Source: Octopus vulgaris
Lineage: Eukaryota
Direction: 5' to 3'
Assembly (NCBI GenBank): GCA_951406725.2
Contig: OX597817.1
Span: forward strand, 31,930,001 to 31,994,000
DNA length: 64,000 nucleotides
Positions within the stretch are counted from its first letter, which is position 1, and the number at the start of each line of letters is the position of its first letter. The position numbers and the translations under genes are program-made. This document shows, piece by piece, positions 28,066 to 41,065 of the stretch. Under the pieces are notes generated by a model. It saw nothing but the letters and a program-made list of their open reading frames with translations, did not search any database and was not told where the DNA came from.

Positions 28066-28120
<55 letters not shown>

Positions 28121-28124
<4 letters not shown>

Positions 28125-28347
28125 AAATAAAAATAGGATGCAAAGGATTTAGCAGTACATATGTTTCTGGCTTTATGGGACAGTTTATATCAATGCATAA
28201 TTGATGTAACATGTATGTCGATAGCCTTCTTCAGCCGCGCACAATTACCACACCAAAGACATGTAATACATGCATTGATATAAACTGTCCAATAAAGCCA
28301 GAAACATATGTACCGCTAAATCCTTTGCATCCTATTTTTCTTTTGAT
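28121..28347. mobile_element. Penelope-like fold-back with 78-bp arms next to (TA)n
   Basis: 28121-28198 is an inverted repeat of 28270-28347; minus copy has a full hammerhead. Confidence 0.7.
28152..28238 (-). ncRNA. Type I hammerhead ribozyme
   Basis: gcgg-CUGAAGA-aggct..agcc-a-GAAA-CAUAUG-UA-ctgc; palindromic stem III. Confidence 0.7.
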
Positions 28348-28400
28348 AAATATACCCTATCACCTACACCACTAACTGGCATATACAGGTGCTTACAATT

Positions 28401-28486
<86 letters not shown>

Positions 28487-28628
28487 TGTCCGAATGTGTG
28501 AAAATGTTGCAGTATGTTGGAATTTGCTGGAAGTCATGTAATAAGTGGACATGCTGCTTTTGTTACATAAGTTTGTGCTTACTTATTATGTATGAATGTA
28601 TGTGAGTGAAGTTTGTTTGCCAACGTTA

Positions 28629-28865
28629 AGTGACAGTCCTGATTAGGATGAATGTTACTACGATTTGGCCCCAGGAAAACATCTTCTCCAACTGGCTATC
28701 GACACACTAACTGCATCCTTACACTTCGAATAAGGGAGCTAGTGTCTCAGCTCAAAGCTTGTTTGAAGTAGAAGGACGTAGGTAGTGCGTCGATAGCTAG
28801 CTGGAGAAAAGATCTTCCGGGCGCTAAAATGTAGTAACATTCGTCCTAATCCCGACTGCCACTTT
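28629..28865. repeat. Imperfect fold-back (~105-bp arms, roughly 80% identical by eye)
   Basis: aagtgacagtc..cttcgaataag vs cttgtttgaag..gactgccactt. Confidence 0.8.
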
Positions 28866-29079
28866 ACTCTAAAGTACTGTTGCTGCATGCCTCTCGTTCA
28901 GAGATTTAGAACTAATAGTTTTTCTATTCAATGTATGTATTATCGATGTATATGTAACATGGACACATCATGATCATTTCATGCTCTTTCTATGAGACTT
29001 GAATGGAGGCTCTATTGCCAAGACAAAAGAAATAATAGTTTCGAAGAAGTAGTAGTAGTAGTAGTAGAAGAAGTAGTAA

Positions 29080-29144
<65 letters not shown>

Positions 29145-29419
29145 ACAGCAGCAGCTCATTCTTAAACTTTAGACGAGTAATTCCATATCCGCATGGCACC
29201 CGACCTCTACACATGGTCTGTGCATGTGCATGTACAGACACACATATGTATATACGTACACATTCTTTTACTCTTTTGTGCATTTCAACCCAAAGGCTGC
29301 AGCCATGCTGGGACACCGCCAGCGTTATCACCTCTTCAAAGGCTATTCTTAAGCGACTGGCGTTTTGGTAAAGGAGGGAGTTCAATATGTCCCCCTTCTT
29401 TTGAGTTTCTTACTGTGTT

Positions 29420-29640
29420 GCTTTATCTGGGACCTTGGACAGCAGGAAATCAAGTCGTTTCTTGAAAACATCTACTCCTTATTCCATGTAGTTCCCTAAG
29501 ATGTTTTGGTAAAGTATTAAATAACCGTGGGTTTTTGAACCCCGGGCTATTGCAGTACATGAGCCTCACCCTAGTCAAGATATTGAGACCTTTTGAACTA
29601 TGACGTCCAGTTCGGAGACTGGTAAAGCTGTTGAGGCTAT
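29420..29640 (-). mobile_element. CR1-like LINE 3' fragment
   Basis: CNSPGFKNPRLFNTLPKHLRELHG..DVFKKRLDFLLSKVPD. Confidence 0.7.
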
Positions 29641-29689
29641 GATCAATGTCTATGTGAACAATATAAAGGATGTGTGTGTGTGTGTCTTT

Positions 29690-30395
29690 CCTTTTCACTT
29701 GTTTCAGTCACTAGAATGCAGCCATGCTGGAGCAATACATTGGAGAGTTTTTAGTCGAACGAAAATACCACAGTACTTTTTTTTCGTTTTAGGTCTGGTA
29801 CTTATTCTATCGTGGAGGCACATGGCCTAGTGGTTATAGCAGCGGACTCGCGTTCGAGGGATCGCGGGTTCGAATTTCAGACCGGGCGATGTGTGTGTTT
29901 ATGAGGGAAACACCTAAGCTCCACGCGGCTGCGGCAGAAGTTAATGACGAACTTCTGCTGACTCTTTCACCACAACTTTCTCTCACTTTTTCCTCCTGCA
30001 TCTTGCAGCTCGCCTGCAACGGACCGGCCTCCCGTCCAGGTGGGTAACCTATACGCCAAGGAAACCGGGAAACCGGCGCTATGAGCCAGGCATGTCTTGA
30101 GAAGGAACAAACAACAACTTATTCTATCGGTAACTTTTGCCGAACCGTTAACTTACTGGGGACGTAAATAAACCAACACCGGGAGACAAACGCAGACACA
30201 AAGACACACACACAGATACATATATAGATAGATGTATATACGACAGGCTTCTTTCAGATTCTGTCTACCAACTTCTCATGAGGCTTTGGTCGGCCCGAGG
30301 CTGTAGTTAAAGACACTTGTCCAAGCTGTCATGCAGAGGGACTGAACCCGGAACTATGTGACTGAGAAGCAAACTTCTTTCCACACAGCCACGCT
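29690..30395 (-). mobile_element. SINE family A interrupted by a family C SINE
   Basis: Family A tail and head on either side of the insertion. Confidence 0.8.
29812..30116 (+). mobile_element. SINE family C, tail type 1
   Basis: TSD acttattctatcg; ends aaggaacaaacaac. Confidence 0.88.
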
Positions 30396-30900
30396 TGTTT
30401 TTATCTATATAGACCGACACACACACAGATAGACAGACAGGTAGATCGATAGATGCACACACATACATATGCATATCTATAAGCTTGTGTCCATGAAGTT
30501 TCAAACAATCAGCCGAAATATTTGGACAACAGCTTCAGTACTTCCCAAGTTTTCTCGTGTTAAGGTTCAGGCCTAAAAATTCGTCTTTTCTTTATTTTTT
30601 CACCAACTTACAGGAATACGGACTTAAACTCGGAAAATATGGAATTAAAACATAAACCATAAAGCATATATTCAGACGCTCTAACAAGCCTCGCTAACTC
30701 GGAACCACAGAAACACACATATACAAAACACTTATAAATATGGGGTGTATATATATATGTAAACAGTAAAAAATAAATACAAACATGGACAAGAACAGAA
30801 ACACCAAGGAGACGACACAAGAACCACAGGACGGGACATTCGAAGCCCTCAGTCATCAGTCAAGAACCAGATCATCTTCGCAATTTCGGCTGATTAATCT

Positions 30901-30980
<80 letters not shown>

Positions 30981-30995
30981 GTGTGCATGCGTGTG

Positions 30996-31035
<40 letters not shown>

Positions 31036-31051
31036 CAATACACGCATGCAC

Positions 31052-31092
<41 letters not shown>

Positions 31093-31401
31093 TATATCTA
31101 TTTAGATAGGTATAATACATGCCTATATATGTATGTATGTATACATGTATGTATGAAGGTGTGTGACTGGTACATGTATTCGTTACATGAGCTGGAAAAT
31201 TCAGGAAACTTCCATATTTACTCACCTGGTTTCTTATCCTCATCCAGTTTTTGTTATCTAACAAATATTTATAGATGTGTATAATACATTAAATGCAAAG
31301 AATTAATAGAAATGTATAAGTAAACATGTATTAACATGTTTATACACACATTGTAAATTTGTGTTTGTGTGTATGTTTATATACTTGTATGTGCATGTAT
31401 G

Positions 31402-31451
<50 letters not shown>

Positions 31452-32100
31452 CATATATACATATATACATACATACATACATATGTACATATACATGTAC
31501 ACATATATTGATGGATATGCATATATACACTCGTATACCTATATATATATATGTACTATATATGCAGGTATATCTGTCATGAATTATCAAAAAAATCTTA
31601 TCTATTTTCTCCTACAAAGCATGAAATAACCAGCGATAAGATTATATATATACATGTGTATATATATATATATATGTGTATGTATGTATATATGTATACA
31701 CATATATATATATGTATGTGTATGTATGTATGCATGCATGTATGTATGTATGTATGTATGTATGTATGTATGTATGTATGTATGTATGTATGCGTGTATG
31801 TATGTATGTATGTATGTATGTATGTATGTATGTACAAAGGTGTAGGTACAGGAGGTGGTCAAACTCTGCATAAGGAGTAGACAACCACCATATATATGTC
31901 TATATATATACATACAGACATATACATACACACACACGTATGTTTAATGAAGGTATAGGAGCGCAAACATATATATTGCATGTATACATGCATACATACA
32001 TACATACATACATACATACATACATACATACATACATACATACATACATACATACATGCATACATACATACATACATATATATACTAGTATGTGTATATG

Positions 32101-32460
32101 TGTGGAGGCACATGGCCCAGTGGTTAGAGCAGCGGCCTCGCGGTCGAGGAATTGCGGGTTCGAATCTCAGATCGGGCGATATGTGTTTATGAGCAAAACA
32201 CCTAAGTTCCATGCGGCTCCGGCAGAAGGTAATCGCGAAGTCTTTCGCCACATCCAGCAACAGGACCTCCATAATGCTATGATGGACCGTGAAGTCTGGC
32301 GTAGCATGGAAAATTCCATTGTCTCGACCACGGTCGAACAATGATGATGACAACTTTCTCTCACTCTTGCAGCTCACCTGCAACGGACTGGCGTCCCGTC
32401 CAGGTGAGAAACATATACGCCAAGGAAACCGGGAAACCGGCCCTACGAGCCAGGCGTGTG
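32101..32460 (+). mobile_element. SINE family C containing a ~100-bp LINE 3' end (32252-32350)
   Basis: Insert encodes IQQQDLHNAMMDREVWRSMENSIVSTTVEQ* then (tga)n; SINE resumes at caactttctctcac. Confidence 0.8.
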
Positions 32461-33130
32461 TGTAGGAACATGTGTGTAGGTATGTACATATATATTATAA
32501 ATGTACATATTTGGTGCCCCAGCATGGCTGCGGCCTTCGGGCTAAAACCATTTTAAGGATTTAAGGATTTAAGGATACAAAAGTGTGTAAATGTATATAC
32601 CTGTATATGCATATGAACCCGCTCTTTATGTACACGTATAATACATACACGTGCTTTTGAAAAACAACGATGACAATTTGTATAAACTTAGATAAACTTA
32701 GATATGTTTCGACCAAAGATTGGTCCAGGCCATGTCTAACTTAATAGCACCACCTGATAGGATTATTCGAATCCTGTTTAAGTCAAGTTTTGTTTAAGTC
32801 AAGTTTTGTTCAAGTAATGAGTTCTTGTTGGGTGAGTTGTATCCAGTTTTGTTCAAGTAGTGAGTTCTTGTTGGGTGAGTTGTATCCAATTATGGGTGGC
32901 TTAGGCATGGAATATCTTAAATAATGAATGTTCAATATCTGAATATATAAAAAAAAGATTCCTGATCCATCCTGTATTTACGTACAACATGAGTGCATGC
33001 GTGTGTGAATGTTTACATGCAAACGTACACGGATGACTTGGTCTATATTCAGAGAAATACTGGAGAGTAGCCAAAGGTCTGAAAATCAGATTAAAGTAAA
33101 ACTTCGTAGGTTAGATCATATATTGATATA

Positions 33131-33290
33131 GACGCAGGGTGTGGCTGTGAGGTAAGAAGCTTGCATCCCAACCACATGGTTCTGGATTCAGTCCCACTAC
33201 GTGGTACCTTGGGCAAGTGTCTTCTACTATAACCTCGGGCCTACCAAAGCCTTGTGAGTGGATTTGGTAGACGAAAACTGAAAGAAGCTC

Positions 33291-33340
<50 letters not shown>

Positions 33341-33530
33341 GTGTGTGTGTGTGTTTGACAACAGATGTTGGTGTGCGCCTATGTCCCCGAAATTTAGCGG
33401 TTCGGCAAAAGAGACCGATAAAATAAGTGCTAGGCTTACAAAGAATAAGCCCTGGGGTCGATTTGTCCGACTAAAGGCGGTGCTCCAGCATGGCTGCAGT
33501 CAAATTATTGAAATAAGTAAAAAAAAAAAC
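33131..33530 (+). mobile_element. SINE family A
   Basis: Head, internal (TA)n/(TG)n, tail. Confidence 0.88.
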
Positions 33531-34008
33531 AGAAAAAAGAAAATACTACAAGGTAACATAATAATATTGCTCCCCAGCAGAGTACAACATAAATATGGAT
33601 TTCACGAGAGAACCTATACATGATGATTCGATCTACAAGAAATAGCATCAAGATGTTCCCCAAAGTTCAACCTTGATATTTTATAGTAAGAGGAACACAT
33701 TGGTTGATGCTGTCGTAGAAAATCCCCCAAACGGAGGATAATTAAAGATGGAACTTTTTTCTATCAAGTTTGAACTAGGTTGGTGATGGTGAACCGATAA
33801 AACGCGTGTTTGCAGTGACATGCCACGGTCTTTTAGGTGATACACTGTGTACTTTGAGAAGAAAAAATGCAAGTGATACACTAATAACAGGTTTATTAAA
33901 GCAATTAAAATTTCAACATGATGGGCTAAAAATGTCCACCTTTACTGACCCATGGCTAAACAACAGCAACAAGGGACACAGTGGATGATATTAGCTATGT
34001 CAAACACG

Positions 34009-34800
34009 TCGAGCTGGTAGAATCGTTAGCACGCCGGGCGAAATGCTTAGCGGTATTTCGTCTGTCGCTACGTTCTGAGTTCAAATTCCGCCGAGGTCAA
34101 CTTTGCCTTTCATCCTTTCGGGGTTGACTAAATAAGTACCAGTTACGCACTGGGGTCGATATAATCGACTTAATCTGTTTGTCTGTCCTTGTTTCTCCTC
34201 TCTGTGTTTAGCCCCTTGTGGGTATTAAAGAAATAGGTATTTCGTCTGCCCTTACGTTCTGAGTTCAAATTCCGCCGAGGTCGACTTTGCCTTTCATCTT
34301 TCGGGGTCGCTAAATAAAGTACCAGCTACGCACTGGAGCCGATGTAATCGACTTAATCTGTTTGTCTGTCCTTGTTTGTCCTCTCTGTGTTTAGCCCCTT
34401 GTGGGTAGTAAAGAAATAGGTATTTCGTCTGCCGCTACGTTGTGAGTTCAAATTGCGCCGAGGTCGACTTTGCCTTCATCCTTTCGGGGTCGATAAATTA
34501 AGTACTAGTTACACTCTGGGGTCGATGTAATCGACTCGATCCCTTTGTCTGTCGTTGTTTGTCCCCTCTATGTTTAGCCCCTTGTGGGCAATAAGGAAAT
34601 AAGAAATAAGAATCGTTAGCACGCGGGGCAAAATTCTAAGCGGCATTTCGTCTGTCTTAACGTTCTGAGTTCAAATTCTGCAGGGTGTCAACTTTCCCTG
34701 TTATCCCTTCAGGGTGGATAAAATAAATGCCAGCTGAACAGTGGGGTTGATTTAACTGATTTATCCCCTCCCCAGAACTTGCTGACCTTTTGCCAACATT
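34009..34800 (+). mobile_element. Trimeric SINE family B inserted in the head of an older B copy
   Basis: Three units joined by aaagaaata|ggtatttcgtctg; agaatcgttagcacgc duplicated at both ends. Confidence 0.85.
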
Positions 34801-35520
34801 TGAGGTTTAAACTACAATAGCAAAACTAACATGAAACACATAAACGAAACACGCAATCATACTGTATAATAATTATCTATAATACTGGATGGTTGCGTGC
34901 ACACACATGCACCTATGGCGTACACTTCAGACATACCTGGTACTCACGCATTCCTGCTGTAGTTGTGTCTATGTATATATGTATGTATTATGTATATATA
35001 TATGAATGACTATAAACAGAAATGTGATACCATGGGTTCGGTAACATGATGTTATGATAAATTAAATACAATATAATCAATAGTTCATATGTAATAATCT
35101 CCAACATAGCCGCAGTCAAATGACTAAAACAAGTAAATAAAAGAGTAAAAGAGTACATACATACATACATACATACATAAATACATACATACATACATAC
35201 ATACATACATACATACATACATGCATACATACATACATGCATACATACAACAGGGTGCGATGACATACACTTCAGAGATACCTGGTACTCACGCATTCGT
35301 TTGTTTTTGATTTTGTCGACTACACAGTAGAGTCCGCTGTATAAAAAAAATAAAGGGCTCATGTTTTTGTTGTGTGCAAGTTGTTTCGGGCATATTTTCT
35401 GTCTCAAATTTTTATCAGAAGAGAAAGTTGTGCCTATAACTCATTACATGGGCTCTGAGATAGGTGAGAGAGAAGGATGGAGGAAGTTTTCTTCAAACCG
35501 GAGAGTGAAATCCTCTAAGG

Positions 35521-36323
35521 CAGTGGTTCTCAACCGGGGTCCATATAAGATTTAGGTGGTATTTTAATAAATTTTAATAAATAGGCGTAGGAGTGGCTGT
35601 GTGGTAAGTAGCTTGCTTACGAACTACATGGTTCCGGGTTCAGTCCCACAGCGTGGCACCTTGGGTAAAGGTCTTCTACTATAACCTCGGGCTAACCGAA
35701 GCCTTATGAGTGGATTTGGTAGAGGGAAACTGAAAGAAGCCCGTCGTATATATATATACATATATATGTATGTATGTGCGTGTATATGTTTGTGTGTCTG
35801 TGTTTGTGTCCCACCCCCAACATCGCTTGACAACCGATGTTGATATGTTTACGTCCCCGCAACTTAGCGGTTCGGCAAAAGAGACCGATAGAATAAGTAC
35901 TAGGCTTACAAAGAATAAGTCCTGAGATCGATGTGCTCCACTAAAGGCGGTGCTCCAGCATGGCCACAGTCAAATGACTGAAACAAGTAAAATAGTAAAA
36001 GAGTAAGAGTAAATGGGGTGCACAGTAGCATTTTAATAAATTTTGCTTTAAATGTATTTATTGCAAGGAACAGTTAGGTTTCTTTCTCTAACGTTTTACA
36101 TAGTTCAGCCTACAAAAATAATTGTGATAAACAAAATGGGAACTTTGAAAGAATTATCTGAGTGGCTGTGTGGTAAGTAGCTTGTTTACCAACCACATGG
36201 TTCCGGGTTCAGTCCCACTGCGTGGCACCTTGGACAAGTGTCTTCTACTATAGCCTCGGGCCGAGCAAAGCCTTGTGAGTGGATTTGGTAGACGGAAACT
36301 GAAAGAAGCCCGTCGTATATATG

Positions 36324-36391
<68 letters not shown>

Positions 36392-36545
36392 TGTGTCTGT
36401 GTTTGTCCCCCTAGCATTGCTTGACAACCGATGCTGGTGTGTTTATGTCCCCGTCACTTAGAGTAAAGAGTAAAACTAGTTTTTAAACATCGAATGTCTA
36501 TGGGGGACCACCAGAATAAAATAATAATCAAAAAGGCCCATTGAG
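35521..36545 (+). mobile_element. hAT-like MITE interrupted by two family A SINEs (35583-36011, 36158-36472)
   Basis: cagtggttctcaaccgggg start; both SINEs match family consensus. Confidence 0.65.
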
Positions 36546-36798
36546 CTAAAGCTACCCAAGCAAGATGGTGGCGGTTTTTGAACACAGAACGCAAAGAACC
36601 GGGATAAATGCATCAGGTTCGAGGTTCTTATAGTTCCGCCAATCCACTTCTCAGATTGGTAATTTGCCTTATCGACTCCGAGAGAATGAAGGGAAAAGTT
36701 GACCTCAGAGGAAATTGAACACAGAGAGCAAAGAATCGGAAAGAATACCGCGTGGCATACAGACCGACGTTCTAATCACTGTTACAATTCACCGCCAA

Positions 36799-36964
36799 TG
36801 TTCTAAGTTCAAATTCCGCCGGGGTCGACTTTTGCCTTTCATCCTTTCGGGGTCGATAAATTAAGTACCAATTACGTACTGGGGTCGATGTAATCGACTT
36901 AATCCCTTTGTCTGTCCTTGTTTGTCTCCTCTATGTTTAGCCCCTTGTGGGCAATAAAGAAATA
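36799..36964 (+). mobile_element. 5'-truncated SINE family B
   Basis: 18-bp TSD acaatt(c/t)accgccaatgt; adjacent to an older minus-strand B copy. Confidence 0.85.
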
Positions 36965-37634
36965 ACAATTTACCGCCAATGTAATCATAGAAACAAAAAG
37001 ACAGGAAAGTCATGGTTGGTAATGCTTTTCATCATAGGTCGACAAGGTCAATTCTAACATATGACTTTGCAGCAAGAACATTGCTACAATCTCCACCGCC
37101 GCCACGTCGATAACACCAGCTTATCTAACTTACAATCTAAATACAGTTCTATATCAATACTTTACTTTATGTTGTACTCGTACAACCAGTAATGTAATAT
37201 TATAAACTTAATAACACACCAATGCCTTTCAAACCTATCAACGCTGAGAGGGAAAAGATTATTACATATGAACTATTGATTATATTGTATTTAATTTATC
37301 ATAACATCATGTTACCGAACCCATGGTATTACATTTCTGTTTATAGTCATTCACATATATACATAATACATACATATATAAATACTAACATACATACATA
37401 CATACATACATAGAAACGTACATTCAAACATACATACATATAAATATATAATCGTGTGTGCGCGTATGTGTGTATGCCTGTGTGTATCTTTTCGTATAGC
37501 CAGATGAAGTTCCGGTGAACAAAACTAATTTCCCATATTTAGTATCCTAATTAATGTTTATTTATACATACATATATATGTACATACATAAAATATCTAC
37601 ATATATATATGTATATATATGTACGCATATGTAC

Positions 37635-37684
<50 letters not shown>

Positions 37685-37711
37685 ACTCCTTTTTATATAC
37701 ATATATGTTAT

Positions 37712-37928
37712 AGGCGAAGGAGTAGCTGTGTGGTAAGTAGCTTCCTTCCCTAGCACAAGGTTCTGGGTTCATTGCCACCGCGTGGTACCTTGGGCAAATG
37801 TCTTCTACAATAGCCTCGGGCCAACCAAAGACTTTTGAGTGGATTGAGTCAATTTGTTCGACTAAAGGCAGTGCTCGAAAATGGCCGCAGTCAAATGACT
37901 AAAACAAGTAAATAAAAGAGTAAAAGAG

Positions 37929-37930
<2 letters not shown>
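37712..37930 (+). mobile_element. Internally deleted SINE family A
   Basis: Head joined directly to tail. Confidence 0.8.
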
Positions 37931-37962
<32 letters not shown>

Positions 37963-38358
37963 CTAGCAGTATCGCCCGGCGTTGCTCGGGTTTGTAAGGG
38001 AAATAACTATATAAGCATTTTTAGAGAATTATAGCCAAAAAATAGGAAAAAAATGCATTAAAAATGGAAAAAAAATTAAGGTAAATTTCTTTTTAAATCG
38101 TTGACACATCGTAGATATTTTTAGAGAGTTACTTCCCTTATATAATAGCGAAAAAATGCATTAAAATGGAAAAATATGATGGTAAATTTTTTTAAATCGT
38201 AGACTCATCGTAGACGCGCGCTAATACCCAGAAGGGCTCGATATGACTCACGACTATAAGATACCCGGTTTTGGTTACACTGCACCGCAAAATGTGGGAG
38301 TAGTTAGGAATCTAAATCGTAGGAGACAGACACACAACTTCACTCCTATATATAAAGA
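37963..38358 (-). mobile_element. Non-autonomous Helitron sharing its 3' end with the 11364 family
   Basis: a|TCtttatata start, cccgagcaacgccggg hairpin and CTAG|t end. Confidence 0.85.
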
Positions 38359-38466
38359 TATAAGTCACGTAGTTATATACACATACTTTGTTATATACAC
38401 ATTCTTAAAAGAAAATGTTATTTTGAATACAACATTTATAAAGAATAAAATATTTTTTGGTTTTTC

Positions 38467-39190
38467 TTAACCCTTTCGTTACTATATTTCTGACCAAAAT
38501 ACACCCCTTATGTGTTTCAATTAATTTCTAACGTAATCATAAATTTAGTCTGGTTTCATTAAACAACAATAACTTTTTTATTTATCAATATATTAACGTG
38601 AATTTTGGAAGATAATTTAATGAAATGTCCTCAACCAATTCTATACTATAATTTTTGTCACAAAGTGACTCTAATTGCAGGTAGATACAGGTAAATTCAA
38701 CAAAATATAAAATTATTAAAATTTTGTTCAAACATCGCTATAGAAAATGGGTTATTAGCTAATATTCAATTGGGTATACAACAAAATTTTACGATAGAAT
38801 TTGTTATTCTGGGTAACTTTCTGATACCCATAATAATATTTATGGCAAAATAGGCCTTAATTTCATTTAAGGTTGTGGGAAATAACAAACTATTCTTTCT
38901 TTCGTTTTGTTTACGTTTAGCGTAACGTTTCGTTTCTGCCGTAATGATTTCAAATGGGCTCATTCGAAAAAGTAAATAGAAATAGTCTAAGGCTTTACTC
39001 TTCTGGGAAAGTCTGTGGCTTGGTGCAGTTTCTTCAGAAAAATCACCGAAAGAAACAGTTTTTAAATTTTCACTCCATTCAGGTACCAATTCGTTTTCTT
39101 TATCGCTGTCGGATTCACTGTTTTCACTTTAATAGCTGCAAACTTGCAAAGACAAAGGAGGAGAAGGGTGATAGCGTCAGTGAAACAATT
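38467..39190 (-). pseudogene. piggyBac relic: one TIR plus transposase fragment
   Basis: TTAA|CCCTTTCG terminus; ORF 38766-39089 ALDYFYLLF..IITAETKRYA..PTTLNEIKAYFAINIIMGIRKLPRI (PGBD-type); second TIR not found. Confidence 0.8.
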
Positions 39191-39194
39191 CGCT

Positions 39195-39444
39195 CCCTTT
39201 GTGTGTGTGTGCGTTTGCGTGTGGTGTAAACCACATTAAGAAAAACATTTGACATACACACCAGAATGTGAGTTTTCTGTAAATTTTGCTTAATTGGAGT
39301 TTAAATTTTAAAAACTGGACCTGGCATGACCCGATGCATTCTACTCTTAAAAATGCTAGGTAAATTGTAATTGAAGAAATCCTATATTGTAGATTTCTAT
39401 AAGTTACAAAGGGAGGCAGATAAAAATCTGCCTTTTATAATAAG

Positions 39445-39445
<1 letters not shown>
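39195..39445 (-). mobile_element. Helitron 5' portion
   Basis: a|TCttattataaaaggcag start, similar to tctatataaacggcag of the 11364 family. Confidence 0.6.
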
Positions 39446-39475
<30 letters not shown>

Positions 39476-39554
39476 CATACATACATACATACATACATAC
39501 ATACATACATACATACATACATACATACATACATACATACATGCATACATACAA

Positions 39555-40090
39555 CAGGGTGCGATGTGTAGATTGTCGCCATTTTATTTTTTTAATTTTG
39601 TACATGCGCATTGTTTGTTTTTGATTTTGTCGACTACACAGTATAGTAGGGTCAGTTCGGCCAGAAATTTGGAAACGCTATGCTGTACTGCTTGGCATTT
39701 GCGCTGGAAGCTTCAATGCGAACGTTTCAGTGTTTAGGTGTCAATCAGAGGACAGTGCAGTATGACGACATGTACCGAGAGTGATAAAAATCAAATATTC
39801 AATCAACCTCATGGTGTTTGGAATTATCACTAGTGAAAGCGACGTTTTGCCTCCATTCATCTTCCCACACTGCCTCAGACTCAACATAGAAGCTTACTTC
39901 AAGTGCCTGGACGTCAAAAGGTTGGATGTTGGAAGACCCTATGTCTTGCAACAGGACTCTGCACCACTCCACACTTGCAAGAGAACCCAGTCATGGCTGT
40001 CAGACAATTTCTACGACCATATCTCCCCTAACAACAGGCCACCTAACTCCACAGACTACAACCCCCTTGATTATTATGTGTGGGGCCTCT
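39555..40090 (+). pseudogene. maT (DD37D) Tc1/mariner-superfamily relic
   Basis: cagggtgcg terminus; MVFGIITSESDVLPP..QQDSAPLH..PPNSTDYNPLDYYVWG with 37 residues between the 2nd and 3rd D. Confidence 0.85.
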
Positions 40091-40703
40091 CTTGGATTCG
40101 TGACCGCTACATCCTATCACACTTCCATAGCTATACATTTGCAATCCAAGAAGAGGTTACTACCACGAAATACCTAATAATAAATATTTATGTGGAAGAC
40201 ATCACACATGTGATTAGCTGCTGCCCAGAAATATCTTCAACGCATTACTTCCATATGCGACACAACGGCGCAAAATCAATTTACAATGCCATTCTATATC
40301 CAGATTATAAATTCATATTTATACCAATAATTATTGCCTAAGTGACAAACTGGATAAGCTAGGGTTTTCAGAAAAAGAAACCAACAAACTCGCATATTAC
40401 AATTGCAAATTGTAAGTAGAACAGTAAAAATGTGTAAGACTTTGCTCGAGTATATAATGTGACATTGCTTTTGTTATCTACATTCCAACAATGGAGCTTT
40501 GTATCTTTGTTAGAAATCATCTCCTTCCTCGGAGGAAGAATTTAGATGATTAATAACAGGAGACAACAAAAATATACTCATCGGCTATTTACAATGCTAT
40601 CTGCAGGAACGCTTGCCCTAACGTTTAGATCGAAGGCATGTCAGAACCAGAATGTATTCACACCTTTCAAAACAACCATTCGACCTTTCAGAATCGATAA
40701 AAT

Positions 40704-41030
40704 AAGGCGGCGAGCTGGCAGAAACGTTAGCAAGCCGGGCGAAATGCTTTGTGTTATTTCGTCCGCTGCTGCGTTCTGAGTTCAAATTCCGCCGAGGTCG
40801 ACTTTGCCTTTCATCCTTTCGGGGTCGATAAATTAAGTACCAGTTACACACTGGAGCCGATGTAATCGACTTAATCTGTTTGCCTGTCCTTGTTTGTCCC
40901 CTCTATGTTCAGCCCCTTGTGGGCAATAACAAAAAAAATTTAAATAAGTAGCAGTCAACAAACGGGGTTGATGTAATCGACTAACACCCGGCCACCAAAA
41001 TTTCAGGCCTTTTGAGCTTACAGTAGAAAG
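40704..41030 (+). mobile_element. SINE family B nested in an older B copy
   Basis: Consensus-like body; remnant tail follows. Confidence 0.85.
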
Positions 41031-41065
41031 GATTATTACTACTATTGTTTTTCTTTTTTTTATCT

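Noticed and set aside
30790-30905. Hammerhead at a TA-abutting repeat end
   Set aside because: CUGAUGA and GAAA are present on the minus strand but order and stems do not fit
32690-32760. Hammerhead in the dispersed repeat also at 61117-61195
   Set aside because: Hairpin plus GAAAC present but no CUGANGA in either copy
37495-37535. Hammerhead (cagatga-a-gttc-cggt-gaac-aaaac)
   Set aside because: Two core substitutions and no stem I or III
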